Below, piece after piece: positions 9,860-18,914 of a stretch of 64,000 bases of DNA. The DNA is from Trueperaceae bacterium (GTDB lineage: Bacteria > Deinococcota > Deinococci > Deinococcales > Trueperaceae). The stretch is from the NCBI GenBank assembly GCA_965214405.1, contig OZ243956.1, positions 1,600,001-1,664,000 of the forward strand. The letters are read 5' to 3'. Numbering within the stretch: the first letter of the stretch is position 1; every line of letters begins with the position of its first letter. The notes below the pieces were generated by a model. It was given only the letters and a program-made list of their open reading frames with translations, was not told the origin of the DNA and did not search any database. A program made the position numbers and the translations under genes.

Positions 9860-11215
9860 GGGTGCATCCTGCTCTAAGGTGAAAGTTAGGAAGCCAAAGC
9901 GAAGGCTGAGAAACGAAGGTCATCAAAGTCCAGTAGCGGATGTTTAGCACAAGTTTGTGCCCTGAGTGAGGCCATGCCCTTAGCGCCAGAAGGTGACCAG
10001 TGCATACCACTTCTTTTCATGCGGTGACCAATAACAGCCTTGTTCATCCCTTCAACCTGACCTGAACCAATGGGGTAGCGTTTGTTTTTGAAGCTGGGAT
10101 AGTCCATAGAATCTAAGCGCTGCTCTAAGTAGTTAAGAGCCGATAAGGCGTTGTCTTGCCAGGTCATCCACAGCTCGGGCTCAGGGAGATACTGTTCTAA
10201 CCAGTCTCGCGCACTGATGTCGCCCCTGTACCAGTCCCGCCTGTGCCGGGTTCGCTCGGCTTCATCCCAGTGCAGGGCCTGCATGACGACATTGAGGTAA
10301 GTCGCAGCGTGAAAGACATCGGTAATGCGCGTAGCCGCCAGGTGAGTAAAGATGGTGTCAATCCATTTCGCACCGTCGCCTAGGCCGATAAGGGTATCTT
10401 GGGCTGTGACACCCGCCTCTACAAGCAAGCCTAAAAGCAGGGGCAAAAAGTCCTCGGCTGAACATCTGTCTGCTAACATCCACCTTTCGCCGGGACCATT
10501 TTGAGAGTAAAGAACAGCGCTCTTTATTTCTAGCCCCGGACAACTCTTTGCTTCAGGACGACCCAGCACATAAACACCATCAACTTGTAGGACCATCACA
10601 CGCCCCGGCTTAGCGCTTGGCTGAACCGGACACTCACGCGTTTGCCTTAGCTTTTCACTCACTGCCTGTTCACAGTGAAGCGCGTAGAGACTGGTTAAAG
10701 TCGCAAGGCTTGAACCGCTAATGTCGAGTCCAAACAGCTTGGCGAGATGACTGCCTTCTTCATAAGGCAGACGGCTACTGAGTTCGAGCAAGCGTTCCAA
10801 GGCTTCAGGGCTCCAGCCCGATTCATCCAAGCAGCCATCATAGTAGACCTGTTGACGCTCTCCCGTTCGAGCTTTCAACCTCTGGACTTTGACACGAACA
10901 CTACCCCAGCACGTCTTGATATTGCCTGTACTCAGACCGTTACGCCAGTAGCCCTCAGGTGTCGCTTTGGCTTCGGGGGGAAAAAGCCTCGGCGTTCGCC
11001 AGGGCCTCGGCTGTTTTTCTCATCATCTCCGGCGAGAACTTTAGCATTGCCCTTTCTATATCTCTAAAGTTGGCGTCCGGCGCTAGCGTTGCCTTCAAAT
11101 CGGCTAAGTAATGCTCGAATGCTTCTCTCGCCTTCTCTTCCCAGTCTGGCTTGTTCATGCGCCAGTCTACTTCCCTTTGCACCCTTTTTCTATCCCCTTA
11201 TGCCAGGATGCACCC
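9860..11215 (-). mobile_element. ISKra4/ISLre2-like (UPF0236-type) insertion sequence
   Basis: TIRs GGGTGCATCCTG / CAGGATGCACCC. 9-bp target duplication CGCACCGGG at 9851-9859 and 11216-11224. Confidence 0.93.
9886..11158 (-). CDS. ISKra4-like transposase in two frames (offset at the T5C6 run, about 10975-10985)
   Basis: orfA MNKPDWEEK...AFSP. The second frame PPEAKATPEGYWRNG...RLKART continues into QVDG, GDGAKWI, DVFHA, YPIGSGQVEGMNKAVIGHRMK. Confidence 0.85.
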
Positions 11216-11736
11216 CGCACCGGGTCGAACACGTCGCCGTCGTCGCGCTCTTGGAACGACAAGACGTAGCCGGGACCCAAGATGAGGCTCACCTGCTCGT
11301 TGCGTAAAGTTTGGCTCTCGGAGTCGAGCGAGAGCATCCGCAGCACGATGTAGACGTAAGCGTCAAAAAACTCGACCTTGGGCCGCTGTCCGGTGGAGAC
11401 GATGTCTTCCAACGTCAGCGGGTGGAGCGAAAAGTGCGCGCCCACCTTTTCGATAACGCCGACGTCATAAAGGCCGTTGACGTTAATCCAGTCGATGTGC
11501 GCAGGGTTCTCTGCGCTAAGCGCGTCGTCGATACTCAGGGGGTCGCGGACCTTGATGTCGTGCTCGTCGTAGGCGATGAGCGAAATGCGAACCGGGCCGG
11601 TGGTGGCCTCGCCCGTGTAGACAAGGCTGCCGGGGGCGAGGCCGGGCTGTTTGGGGGAGCGGCTGTACATCTTTTCTTTATATCAGGCGGTTGTGCTGGG
11701 TGTCGGTTGTGCCAAGTAGCAACCGTTACCCTCTTT

Positions 11737-12957
11737 TTAAGCCGTCACCAAAGCGGCCTGCTCGAGCGCCCCCTTCAGGTCCTCCACCAAATCCTCCGGG
11801 TCCTCAATGCCAATAGAAAGCCGCACCAGCCCGTCCGTGACGCCCTGGCGGGCGCGCGTCTGGGGGTCTAAAAGTTGATGCGTGGTGCTGGCGGGGTGGG
11901 TGGCGAGCGATTCCACGTCGCCTAAGGAAACGGCTTGCGTGAAAAGCGTCAGAGCGTCCAAAAAACGGGCGGCCTCTTCTTTGCTGGAAAGCTCGAGCGC
12001 CACCATCCCCCCAAAACGGCGCATCTGCTTCTTTGCCACCTCATGACCTGCGTGACTTTTTAGACCGGGATAATAAACCTTTCGAACTGCGGGATGGTTT
12101 TGCAAAAACGCCGCCACCCGCTCCGCCCCGTCGCAGTGCGCCTCCATGCGCAGCGCCAGGGTTTTCATCCCGCGTAAGAAAAGATACGCCTCAAACGGCC
12201 CCAGCGCGCCGCCCACGTGCCGCAGCCCCTCCATACGCACTTCGCTTATGAGCGCCGCCGGACCCGCCAGCACCCCGCCGATGGCGTCGCCGTGACCGCC
12301 CAAGTATTTTGTCGCGGAGTGAAGCGTCACGTCGAAGCCGTGCTCGAGGGGTTTCGTCAGATAAGGCGTCGAGAAGGTGTTGTCGGCAACCGTCAGGATG
12401 CCCCGCTCTTTAGCAAGGGTGCTGATGGCGCGTAAATCGCTGATGCGCAGCGTGGGGTTGGTGGGCGTCTCGACGTAGATGACGCGCGTGGCGGGGGAAA
12501 GCGCCCTCAAAAGGTCTTCGTTAAGGTTTTCGGCTCGAGCCACTTCCCTCATCCCTACCCCGAAGCGCCCCAGAATGTCACGGAAAAAGCCCTCGGTGCC
12601 GCCGTACAGGGGACCCACAAAGACCACCTCGTCGCCCGGCTCGAGCAGCGTCAGCATAAGCGCGCTGGTCGCGGCCATGCCGCTCGAGAACGCCACCGCG
12701 TCCTCCGCGCCCTCCAAGTCGGCCAGCTTTTCTTCAAAGGCGCGGGTTGTAGGGTTGCCAATGCGCGAGTAGACGAAGCCCGCCTCCTCGCCGCCGAAAA
12801 GGCGCTCGCCGCGCCCGAACGAGCCGTAGGCAAAGGTCGAGGTCTGGTAGATGGGGGCGACGTGCGCGCCCGTGTGGGGGTCGGGCCGCGCGCCGCTGTG
12901 GACGGCGCGGGTGCGAAAGCGTTGCTTGGTATTCACGGTATAGACTCCTCTATCCAT
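11737..12957 (-). CDS. PLP-dependent trans-sulfuration enzyme (methionine gamma-lyase / cystathionine gamma-synthase family)
   Basis: PIYQTSTF, YSRIGNPT, ETPTNP, DNTF, HSATKYLGGHGD, AVSLGDVESL. Confidence 0.92.
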   Translation of the reverse strand: MDRGVYTVNTKQRFRTRAVHSGARPDPHTGAHVAPIYQTSTFAYGSFGRGERLFGGEEAGFVYSRIGNPTTRAFEEKLADLEGAEDAVAFSSGMAATSALMLTLLEPGDEVVFVGPLYGGTEGFFRDILGRFGVGMREVARAENLNEDLLRALSPATRVIYVETPTNPTLRISDLRAISTLAKERGILTVADNTFSTPYLTKPLEHGFDVTLHSATKYLGGHGDAIGGVLAGPAALISEVRMEGLRHVGGALGPFEAYLFLRGMKTLALRMEAHCDGAERVAAFLQNHPAVRKVYYPGLKSHAGHEVAKKQMRRFGGMVALELSSKEEAARFLDALTLFTQAVSLGDVESLATHPASTTHQLLDPQTRARQGVTDGLVRLSIGIEDPEDLVEDLKGALEQAALVTA

Positions 12958-13105
12958 TAAACCTCATACGGAAGGGCAGAGGGGTGGAGAAAATCTCAAG
13001 GAGTACACCGCGTTACGCTCTTCGGGCTTACCTCGCGCTAAACGTATCTAACATGGGTTGGGGAACAGGGGAGCGGACAAGAGAGGAAATGTTCTCCCCA
13101 TCTCT

Positions 13106-13462
13106 CTACACCTCATCTCTCCATTTTCTTTCCACCTCCCGCAGCGCCTTCATCGCGGCGAGCGCCCGCGGGAAACCCAAAAACATGGCGGCGTGCAGGA
13201 TGGTTTCTTTGAGTTCGACGAGGGTCGCGCCGCAGTTGAGCGCGCCGTGCAGGTGGGTCTTGAGTTCGCTCTCGCTGCCGACGCTCATGAGGTGGGCGAC
13301 GGCTAAGAGTTCGCGCGTCTTTAGGTCCAAGCCGGGGCGGGCGAAGACGTTGTCGTAGGCTGTTTCCAACACCAGCGCGGCGAGGTCGGGGTCGAGCGCG
13401 CGGAGGCGTTCTTCGATAACGTCGGCTCTGCTTCCCCATATCTTTTGACGCGTTTCGTTCAT
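13106..13462 (-). CDS. Carboxymuconolactone decarboxylase family protein
   Basis: FARPGLDLKTRELL, LKTHLHGALNCGAT, GFPRALAA. Confidence 0.85.
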   Translation of the reverse strand: MNETRQKIWGSRADVIEERLRALDPDLAALVLETAYDNVFARPGLDLKTRELLAVAHLMSVGSESELKTHLHGALNCGATLVELKETILHAAMFLGFPRALAAMKALREVERKWRDEV

Positions 13463-13554
13463 GATGCACTCTAACGCGCCCCCACACATAACGTCGCACG
13501 GGGCGGGGCTGTTAGGATGGCTCGAGTAGGTTACAAGAAAGGTAGAGGTGACGC

Positions 13555-14538
13555 GTGAACTACAGAAAATTAGGCCGCACCGGCTTCGACGTTTCCGAAA
13601 TCTCCTTTGGCGCCTGGGCCATCGGCGGCTCCTGGGGCGAGGTGAGCGACGAGGACTCCTTGGCCGCGCTCCACCGCGCGGTGGACGTGGGCATCAACTT
13701 TTTCGACACGGCGGACGTGTACGGCGACGGGCGCAGCGAAAAACTTCTGGCGCGGCTTAAAAAGGAGCGTTCCGAGTCTCTTTACGTTGCCACCAAGGCG
13801 GGGCGGCGGCTCAACCCGCACACGGCGGAGGGCTACAACCGCAAGAATCTGACCGGCTTTATTGACCGGAGCCTCAAGAACTTGGAGACCGACGCCCTCG
13901 ACCTCGTCCAACTCCACTGCCCGCCGACCGACGTTTACTATCTGCCCGAAGCGTTTAGCGTGCTAGACGACCTCAAAAGGGAGGGCAAAGTCAAACACTA
14001 CGGCGTCTCGGTCGAGAAAGTCGAGGAGGCGCTCAAGGCTATCGAATATCCGGGCGTCGAGACGGTGCAGATTATCTTTAACATCTTCCGTCAGCGGCCC
14101 GCGGGGCTCTTTTTCCGCGAGGCGAAAAGGCGCGAGGTGGGCATTTTGGCGCGTGTGCCCTTGGCGAGCGGTTTGTTAACGGGCAAGATGAGCCGCGACA
14201 CGCACTTCGACGAGAACGACCACCGCAACTTTAACCGCCACGGCGAAGCGTTTGACCGGGGCGAAACCTTTGCGGGGGTGGATTTTGACACGGGTTTGGA
14301 GGCCGTGCGCGAACTCCAGACCCTCGTTCCCGAAGACGCCACCACGCCCCAGTTCGCGCTGCGCTGGATTCTCATGTTTGACGCGGTCACGTGCGCCATC
14401 CCTGGGGCCAAGCGCCCCGAGCAGGTGACCGACAACGCCCGCGCCGCCGACCTGCCGCCCCTGTCTGAGGAAACGATGGCGCGCGTTCGGGAGATTTACG
14501 ATTCGCGCGTGAGAGAGCAGGTGCATCACCGCTGGTGA
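13555..14538 (+). CDS. Aldo/keto reductase
   Basis: LGRTGFDVSEISFGAW, FFDTADVYGDGRSE, ATK, DLVQLH, IPGAK. Confidence 0.93.
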   Translation: MNYRKLGRTGFDVSEISFGAWAIGGSWGEVSDEDSLAALHRAVDVGINFFDTADVYGDGRSEKLLARLKKERSESLYVATKAGRRLNPHTAEGYNRKNLTGFIDRSLKNLETDALDLVQLHCPPTDVYYLPEAFSVLDDLKREGKVKHYGVSVEKVEEALKAIEYPGVETVQIIFNIFRQRPAGLFFREAKRREVGILARVPLASGLLTGKMSRDTHFDENDHRNFNRHGEAFDRGETFAGVDFDTGLEAVRELQTLVPEDATTPQFALRWILMFDAVTCAIPGAKRPEQVTDNARAADLPPLSEETMARVREIYDSRVREQVHHRW

Positions 14539-14539
14539 T

Positions 14540-15166
14540 CTACCCAACCGTCACGATGAGGAGGCCCGCCTCGAGCCCAACCCCGAGCGGCACCCCGCTC
14601 ACCTCGTTCGACACGCCCCGGCCAAGGCCGAAAGGGAGAGGGTAACGCGTGAGCGGGTACTTCGCGTTCTTTAGGGTGACCACGGAGGTTTCGCTAAGAC
14701 TGAGGACGCTGAACCGTCGACCTGTGGCGAGGGGAAGCTCGAGCGCGTCCTCACCCGATAAGAAAAACACCTGCGCGTCACCCGAGTGGAGCCACACCCG
14801 CACGCCCTCCCGCGCGAGTTTGGCGGCGATGAGTACCGCCGCGAGCGTTTGGTCCAAGCGTCCGCCCAGGCTCCCGACGATGACGACCTCGTCCGCTCCA
14901 GCGTCTAGCGCGTGTTGGAGGGCCAGCTCGAGGTCTAAAGCATCTTTTTCGGAAGGATGCGCCCTTCTGGGGATATCGGGATAGCGGGCGAGAACTTCCT
15001 CTGTAACCGAGTCGAAGTCGCCCACAACCAACGCGGGCGTGACGCCCAGGGGCTCCGCGTGGCGCAGGCCCGAATCGGCGGCGACGACGAGGCCAGCGCG
15101 CGCCGCGAGTTCCTTTAGCTCGTCCGTCAGCCTAATAGCGCCCCCCGCCAGCACGAGCGCCCTCAC
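14540..15166 (-). CDS. thiN: Thiamine diphosphokinase
   Basis: AADSG, VGDFDS, EKDALDLELAL, GGRLDQ, KYPL, GVSNE. Confidence 0.9.
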   Translation of the reverse strand: MRALVLAGGAIRLTDELKELAARAGLVVAADSGLRHAEPLGVTPALVVGDFDSVTEEVLARYPDIPRRAHPSEKDALDLELALQHALDAGADEVVIVGSLGGRLDQTLAAVLIAAKLAREGVRVWLHSGDAQVFFLSGEDALELPLATGRRFSVLSLSETSVVTLKNAKYPLTRYPLPFGLGRGVSNEVSGVPLGVGLEAGLLIVTVG

Positions 15167-16191
15167 GCGGGTTCCAGACCAGCGTCCAGACCAGTATCCA
15201 AACCGAGCACCGCGTCGGGCGGGATGTGGACGTTGACGGTGTCGCCCGGCCCCAGCCCCGCGGGCAGTTCACGAGAGAAGCCCGTCCAGTGCAAGGGAAG
15301 TCCCGTCGGGTGCAGCTCGAGCAGCAGCGTGTGCGCCGCCCCCGCGCGCTCAAGGCGCACAACCGTAGCCAAAATATCACCCCGGCCCAGACTCACGAGG
15401 TCGCTTCGCAAGAGGACGTGGGGCGCGTCCGGTAGGGGGTCGCGCAGCTTAAGCCCCCGCACCTGCGCCTTGCTAAACACGTTGGTATGACCCAAAAAGC
15501 GCGCCACCCAAACGGAAGCGGGCGCGGCGAAGAGCGCTGTGGGCGTATCCACCTGCTCGAGCCTTCCCAAACGCATCACCGCCACGCGGTCGGCGACGGT
15601 GAAAGCTTCGCTCTGGTCATGGGTGACAAAGAGGGCGCTCACCTCGAGCGCGCCTAAAATTTGCTCTAATTCCCGCTTGAGTTCGTCGCGCAGCGCCGCG
15701 TCTAGATTCGACAGGGGCTCGTCCAGGAGTAGCAGCGCGGGCCGCGGGGCGAGGGAGCGCGCCAGCGCCACGCGCTGCTGCTGGCCGCCGGAGAGTTCAA
15801 ACACGCGCCGCTTCTCAAGGCCCTCGAGGCCGACGAGCTCTAACAGTTCGCCCACCCGCGCCCGCCGCGCCTCCCCCTTCCACTGCGCCTCGACGAGCCC
15901 AAAAGCGATATTTTTCTCGACATTCAGGTGCGGAAAGAGCGCGTAGTCCTGAAACACCATCCCGAAGCCCCGCCGCTGCGGCGGCAGCGCGGTGATGTCC
16001 CGGTCGCCAAGAAAGATGCGGCCCCGCGTGGGCGGCTCGAGCCCCGCCACGAGCCGCAGCAGGGTGCTCTTGCCGCAGCCGCTCGGTCCCAACAGCGCCA
16101 CGGTTTCGCCGGGGCGAAGCGCCAACGTCACGCCGTCCACCGCGCGAATCTCGCCGTAGGTTTTGTGGAGATGCTCGAGCCTTAGCGTCAA
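15163..16191 (-). CDS. ABC transporter ATP-binding subunit (thiamine/Fe3+/polyamine class, ThiQ-like)
   Basis: GPSGCGKST, VFQDYALFPHL, LSGGQQQRVALAR, LLLDEP; overlaps the thiN start. Confidence 0.9.
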   Translation of the reverse strand: MTLRLEHLHKTYGEIRAVDGVTLALRPGETVALLGPSGCGKSTLLRLVAGLEPPTRGRIFLGDRDITALPPQRRGFGMVFQDYALFPHLNVEKNIAFGLVEAQWKGEARRARVGELLELVGLEGLEKRRVFELSGGQQQRVALARSLAPRPALLLLDEPLSNLDAALRDELKRELEQILGALEVSALFVTHDQSEAFTVADRVAVMRLGRLEQVDTPTALFAAPASVWVARFLGHTNVFSKAQVRGLKLRDPLPDAPHVLLRSDLVSLGRGDILATVVRLERAGAAHTLLLELHPTGLPLHWTGFSRELPAGLGPGDTVNVHIPPDAVLGLDTGLDAGLEPA

Positions 16192-16212
16192 GGGCGACTC
16201 ACAGTAGAATAA

Positions 16213-16986
16213 TCACGGCAGGTCGATGACGAGACCGTCGCGCGCGTAACGGACGCCCTCGGGCGCGGGTTTGCGCGCGTCTACGCCGTGACCCAGGTGC
16301 GTAAAAACGGTGCGTTTAGGTTTCAAAATTTTCAGAAGCTCCAGCGCCTCCCCCACGTCGTAGACGCTGCGCGTTTCTAGCGGCGCGTCCTCTTTGAAAA
16401 AGCTCGTGCCCAAGATGAGAAGATCCAACCCGCACCAGGGCGTTGTATCCTCGAGGCCCAGACAGTCGGGCAGGTAACCCCAGCTTCCCCCAGGTCCATC
16501 AAACCGAAAGGCGTAGGCCCAACCGTTGCGACCGTGGGGTACTCTGTGAGCCTTCAGCTCGTACTCCGTAGGCCGCACCTCCTCCACATCCCGAAAGGGC
16601 GTGAGGCGTCGGTAACCCCCCCGCGTCATGTAAGCGAAGCGTTCTTTGAGCTGTGGCAAAACCTCGGCGGGCGCGTAAACGGGTGTGGGAGAGCCCGTCC
16701 AGCGCGCCTGGTCGCCCACGTCGCTCAAGCCCAGCACGTGGTCGCTATGCGCGTGGGTGATGAGCACCACGTCAACATCTTTCACGCGCTCTCTGGACAT
16801 TTGCAGCCGCAGTTCGGGCGCGGCGTCTATGAGGATGCGCTTTCGAGCCTCGATAAGCACCGACGGGCGCGTCCGGGCGTTCGCCCCACCCGCGCGCGCC
16901 TCCTCGCAGACCGCGCAGCCGCACCACCAGCGGGGCACGCCCTGAGAATCGGACGAGCCGAGAAAACGCAAGCGCGGGGTCATCAC
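16213..16986 (-). CDS. Metallo-beta-lactamase fold hydrolase (PhnP-like)
   Basis: FLGSSDSQGVP..CGCAVC, RTRPSVLI, THAHSDH, VPHG, THLGH. Confidence 0.88.
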   Translation of the reverse strand: MMTPRLRFLGSSDSQGVPRWWCGCAVCEEARAGGANARTRPSVLIEARKRILIDAAPELRLQMSRERVKDVDVVLITHAHSDHVLGLSDVGDQARWTGSPTPVYAPAEVLPQLKERFAYMTRGGYRRLTPFRDVEEVRPTEYELKAHRVPHGRNGWAYAFRFDGPGGSWGYLPDCLGLEDTTPWCGLDLLILGTSFFKEDAPLETRSVYDVGEALELLKILKPKRTVFTHLGHGVDARKPAPEGVRYARDGLVIDLP

Positions 16987-17259
16987 GCATCAGCATACCT
17001 GAAGGGAATTGTTTCACACTTGGGAGCGAGTAACGCACTCTCGAGCGGTTCAGGCACGCCCTCGAGGATTTCTGTTGTTTGCTGGGTAGAACTCTGGGTA
17101 TCTTCATGAGGATTTCTTTATAACTCTTAGTAAAATTTACCACTATTGAGGCCGCTTGTTCGCATTACCCTCTAGAAGAGTTGCACAAAGTACGGTTCGC
17201 CTATTAGACTGGCTTTGCTGTAACCATGCTCATTACTCTTGGAAGGGGGTAATAAAAAG

Positions 17260-18666
17260 ATGGATTTCAAACAAACCGGAAAACCGCTCGTTCTGTCGCT
17301 GATGGTGGGGCTTATGTTCCTACTGACCGCGTGCCCGGGTGATACTGTGCCTAGCACACCGCCCACAGCGGCTGACGACACCTACGACGTGGTCGAAGGA
17401 CAACCGCGTACAGTGGCCGCGCCCGGCGTGCTCAGCAACGATGGGGGTGGGGACCTACAGGCGACACTCGTCACGGATGTGGCGGCGGGCACCCTGAACC
17501 TTGACACCAACGGTTCTTTCACCTACACGCCCACAGGTGCTGCGGGCACCACGGACCAGTTCACCTACACCGCATCGAACAGTGAAGGGACTTCCGAAGT
17601 TGCGACCGTGACTCTCAACATTACGCCTCCTGATAATGGCAACCCACCACCTCCACCCGTGCTCACAGCGAATCCTGACTCTTTCAACGTCACGCCTGGT
17701 GGAACCGTCGTTATCACCGAAGCCCAACTCACAGGTAACGACACCATTCCCACTGACGTGGACGTCGAGCTTGAAGTCAACGACGACCTCATGGGCGGAG
17801 GCACTTTAGAAGACAACGACGACGACACATACACCTATACTGCCCCGGATACCACTGGCACCGCCACCTTCACTTACACGCTCTCGGCAGATGACGCTGA
17901 GGATTCTACCGCGACTGTGACTATCAACATTGCTGAGGAAGTCATGCCTGGTGCGGGCCCTTACAACGTCAACTTCCAGAGCGAGCCGGGTACGAGTACT
18001 CCTACGGGTACTCCCCCCGCGCCCGCACCCCCAGCAACCTACTTTGCCGACTACGGACAGCCGTACGGCCCGCGCTCGGGTGAGAACCAGGGTACCGGCC
18101 AAACCTACGGTTGGGTCACGCTCGACGCCAACAACACGGCCACCTCGACGCCATGCAACATTGTCAGCAACGGTCGCTACCGCACCAACGCCAGCGGCGC
18201 AGGCATCGACGTTGGCGGTATCAGCGGCCCCAACGAACTTCTCTACCAAACCTTTATGCACATGGAGGGTGGAGACGCTGCGGCTATCAACACGCCAAGC
18301 AATTCATTTAGCGGCGTGCCGCAAAACTGCGCTTGGCAGATCGCGGTTCCTAACGGCACGTACAGCGTGACCCTCGCTTTAGGAGACGCCGCGAGAGACA
18401 ACAACGAGACCGTTCGTCAGGGAACCATATATCAGGTGAGCGTCGAAGGCACCTCCTTTCCCGCTGAGCCGTACAACCTGGAAACGGAAACAGACGGCGG
18501 CGGCAACGACGGCAGTGAGTCGCTCTTTATCGAAACGTCGGAAGTGGGCACAGGCAACCCCCTCAGCATAACGGTGACTGACGGCCTCCTGACCATCACC
18601 CCCACGGGGACAAACACCAAAATCGCTTTTGTGACTATCACTGAAGCCACCACACCCACGCCGTAA
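17260..18666 (+). CDS. Surface lipoprotein with two Ig/cadherin-like (tandem-95 type) repeats and a C-terminal malectin/galactose-binding-like domain
   Basis: Lipobox LTA-C. Repeats ADDTY..GVLSND..NGSFTYTP..DQFTYT and NPDSF..LTGND..TYTYT..FTYT. C-terminal domain VNFQ..YGW..WQIAVPNGTYSVTL.GD..VTDGLLTI. Confidence 0.8.
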   Translation: MDFKQTGKPLVLSLMVGLMFLLTACPGDTVPSTPPTAADDTYDVVEGQPRTVAAPGVLSNDGGGDLQATLVTDVAAGTLNLDTNGSFTYTPTGAAGTTDQFTYTASNSEGTSEVATVTLNITPPDNGNPPPPPVLTANPDSFNVTPGGTVVITEAQLTGNDTIPTDVDVELEVNDDLMGGGTLEDNDDDTYTYTAPDTTGTATFTYTLSADDAEDSTATVTINIAEEVMPGAGPYNVNFQSEPGTSTPTGTPPAPAPPATYFADYGQPYGPRSGENQGTGQTYGWVTLDANNTATSTPCNIVSNGRYRTNASGAGIDVGGISGPNELLYQTFMHMEGGDAAAINTPSNSFSGVPQNCAWQIAVPNGTYSVTLALGDAARDNNETVRQGTIYQVSVEGTSFPAEPYNLETETDGGGNDGSESLFIETSEVGTGNPLSITVTDGLLTITPTGTNTKIAFVTITEATTPTP

Positions 18667-18695
18667 GTTGATGTAAATTCAGCGTCAACGTTAGT

Positions 18696-18731
18696 AGAAA
18701 GGCCGACCTTTTGGGGTCGGCCTTTCTTCTT
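18696..18731 (+). terminator. Rho-independent terminator (probably bidirectional)
   Basis: AGAAAGGCCGACC-TTTTGG-GGTCGGCCTTTCT between convergent genes. Confidence 0.85.
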
Positions 18732-18914
18732 GCTGTCTGTCCGCACCGTCTGCATCTTTTGTGATAGAGACAAAATCGCTCACGCCGTGTTTAAGGCTTT
18801 ATGTAATTGACATTGAGTGAATTCAACGCAGGCATCGTCCCTTAGACTGCGTCCTGCACGGCAACACCTTACCCTCTCCCAATATAAAGATACCTGCTAT
18901 AAACGCGCCAACCC

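Larger units (their letters stand above)
9247..11670 (-). pseudogene. corA: Magnesium/cobalt transporter CorA, split by an IS
   Basis: N-terminal half PGLAPGSLVYTG...LHPLTLEDI...QRPKVE; C-terminal half MNEVMKVLT...GVYGMNF..MPEL. IS removal restores VFDPVRDRI. Confidence 0.93.

Noticed and set aside
12958..13105. Possible SAM riboswitch upstream of the trans-sulfuration gene
   Set aside because: No SAM-I core (ATC.AGAG...GAGGGA..GGCCC...GCAACC) is visible on the minus strand.
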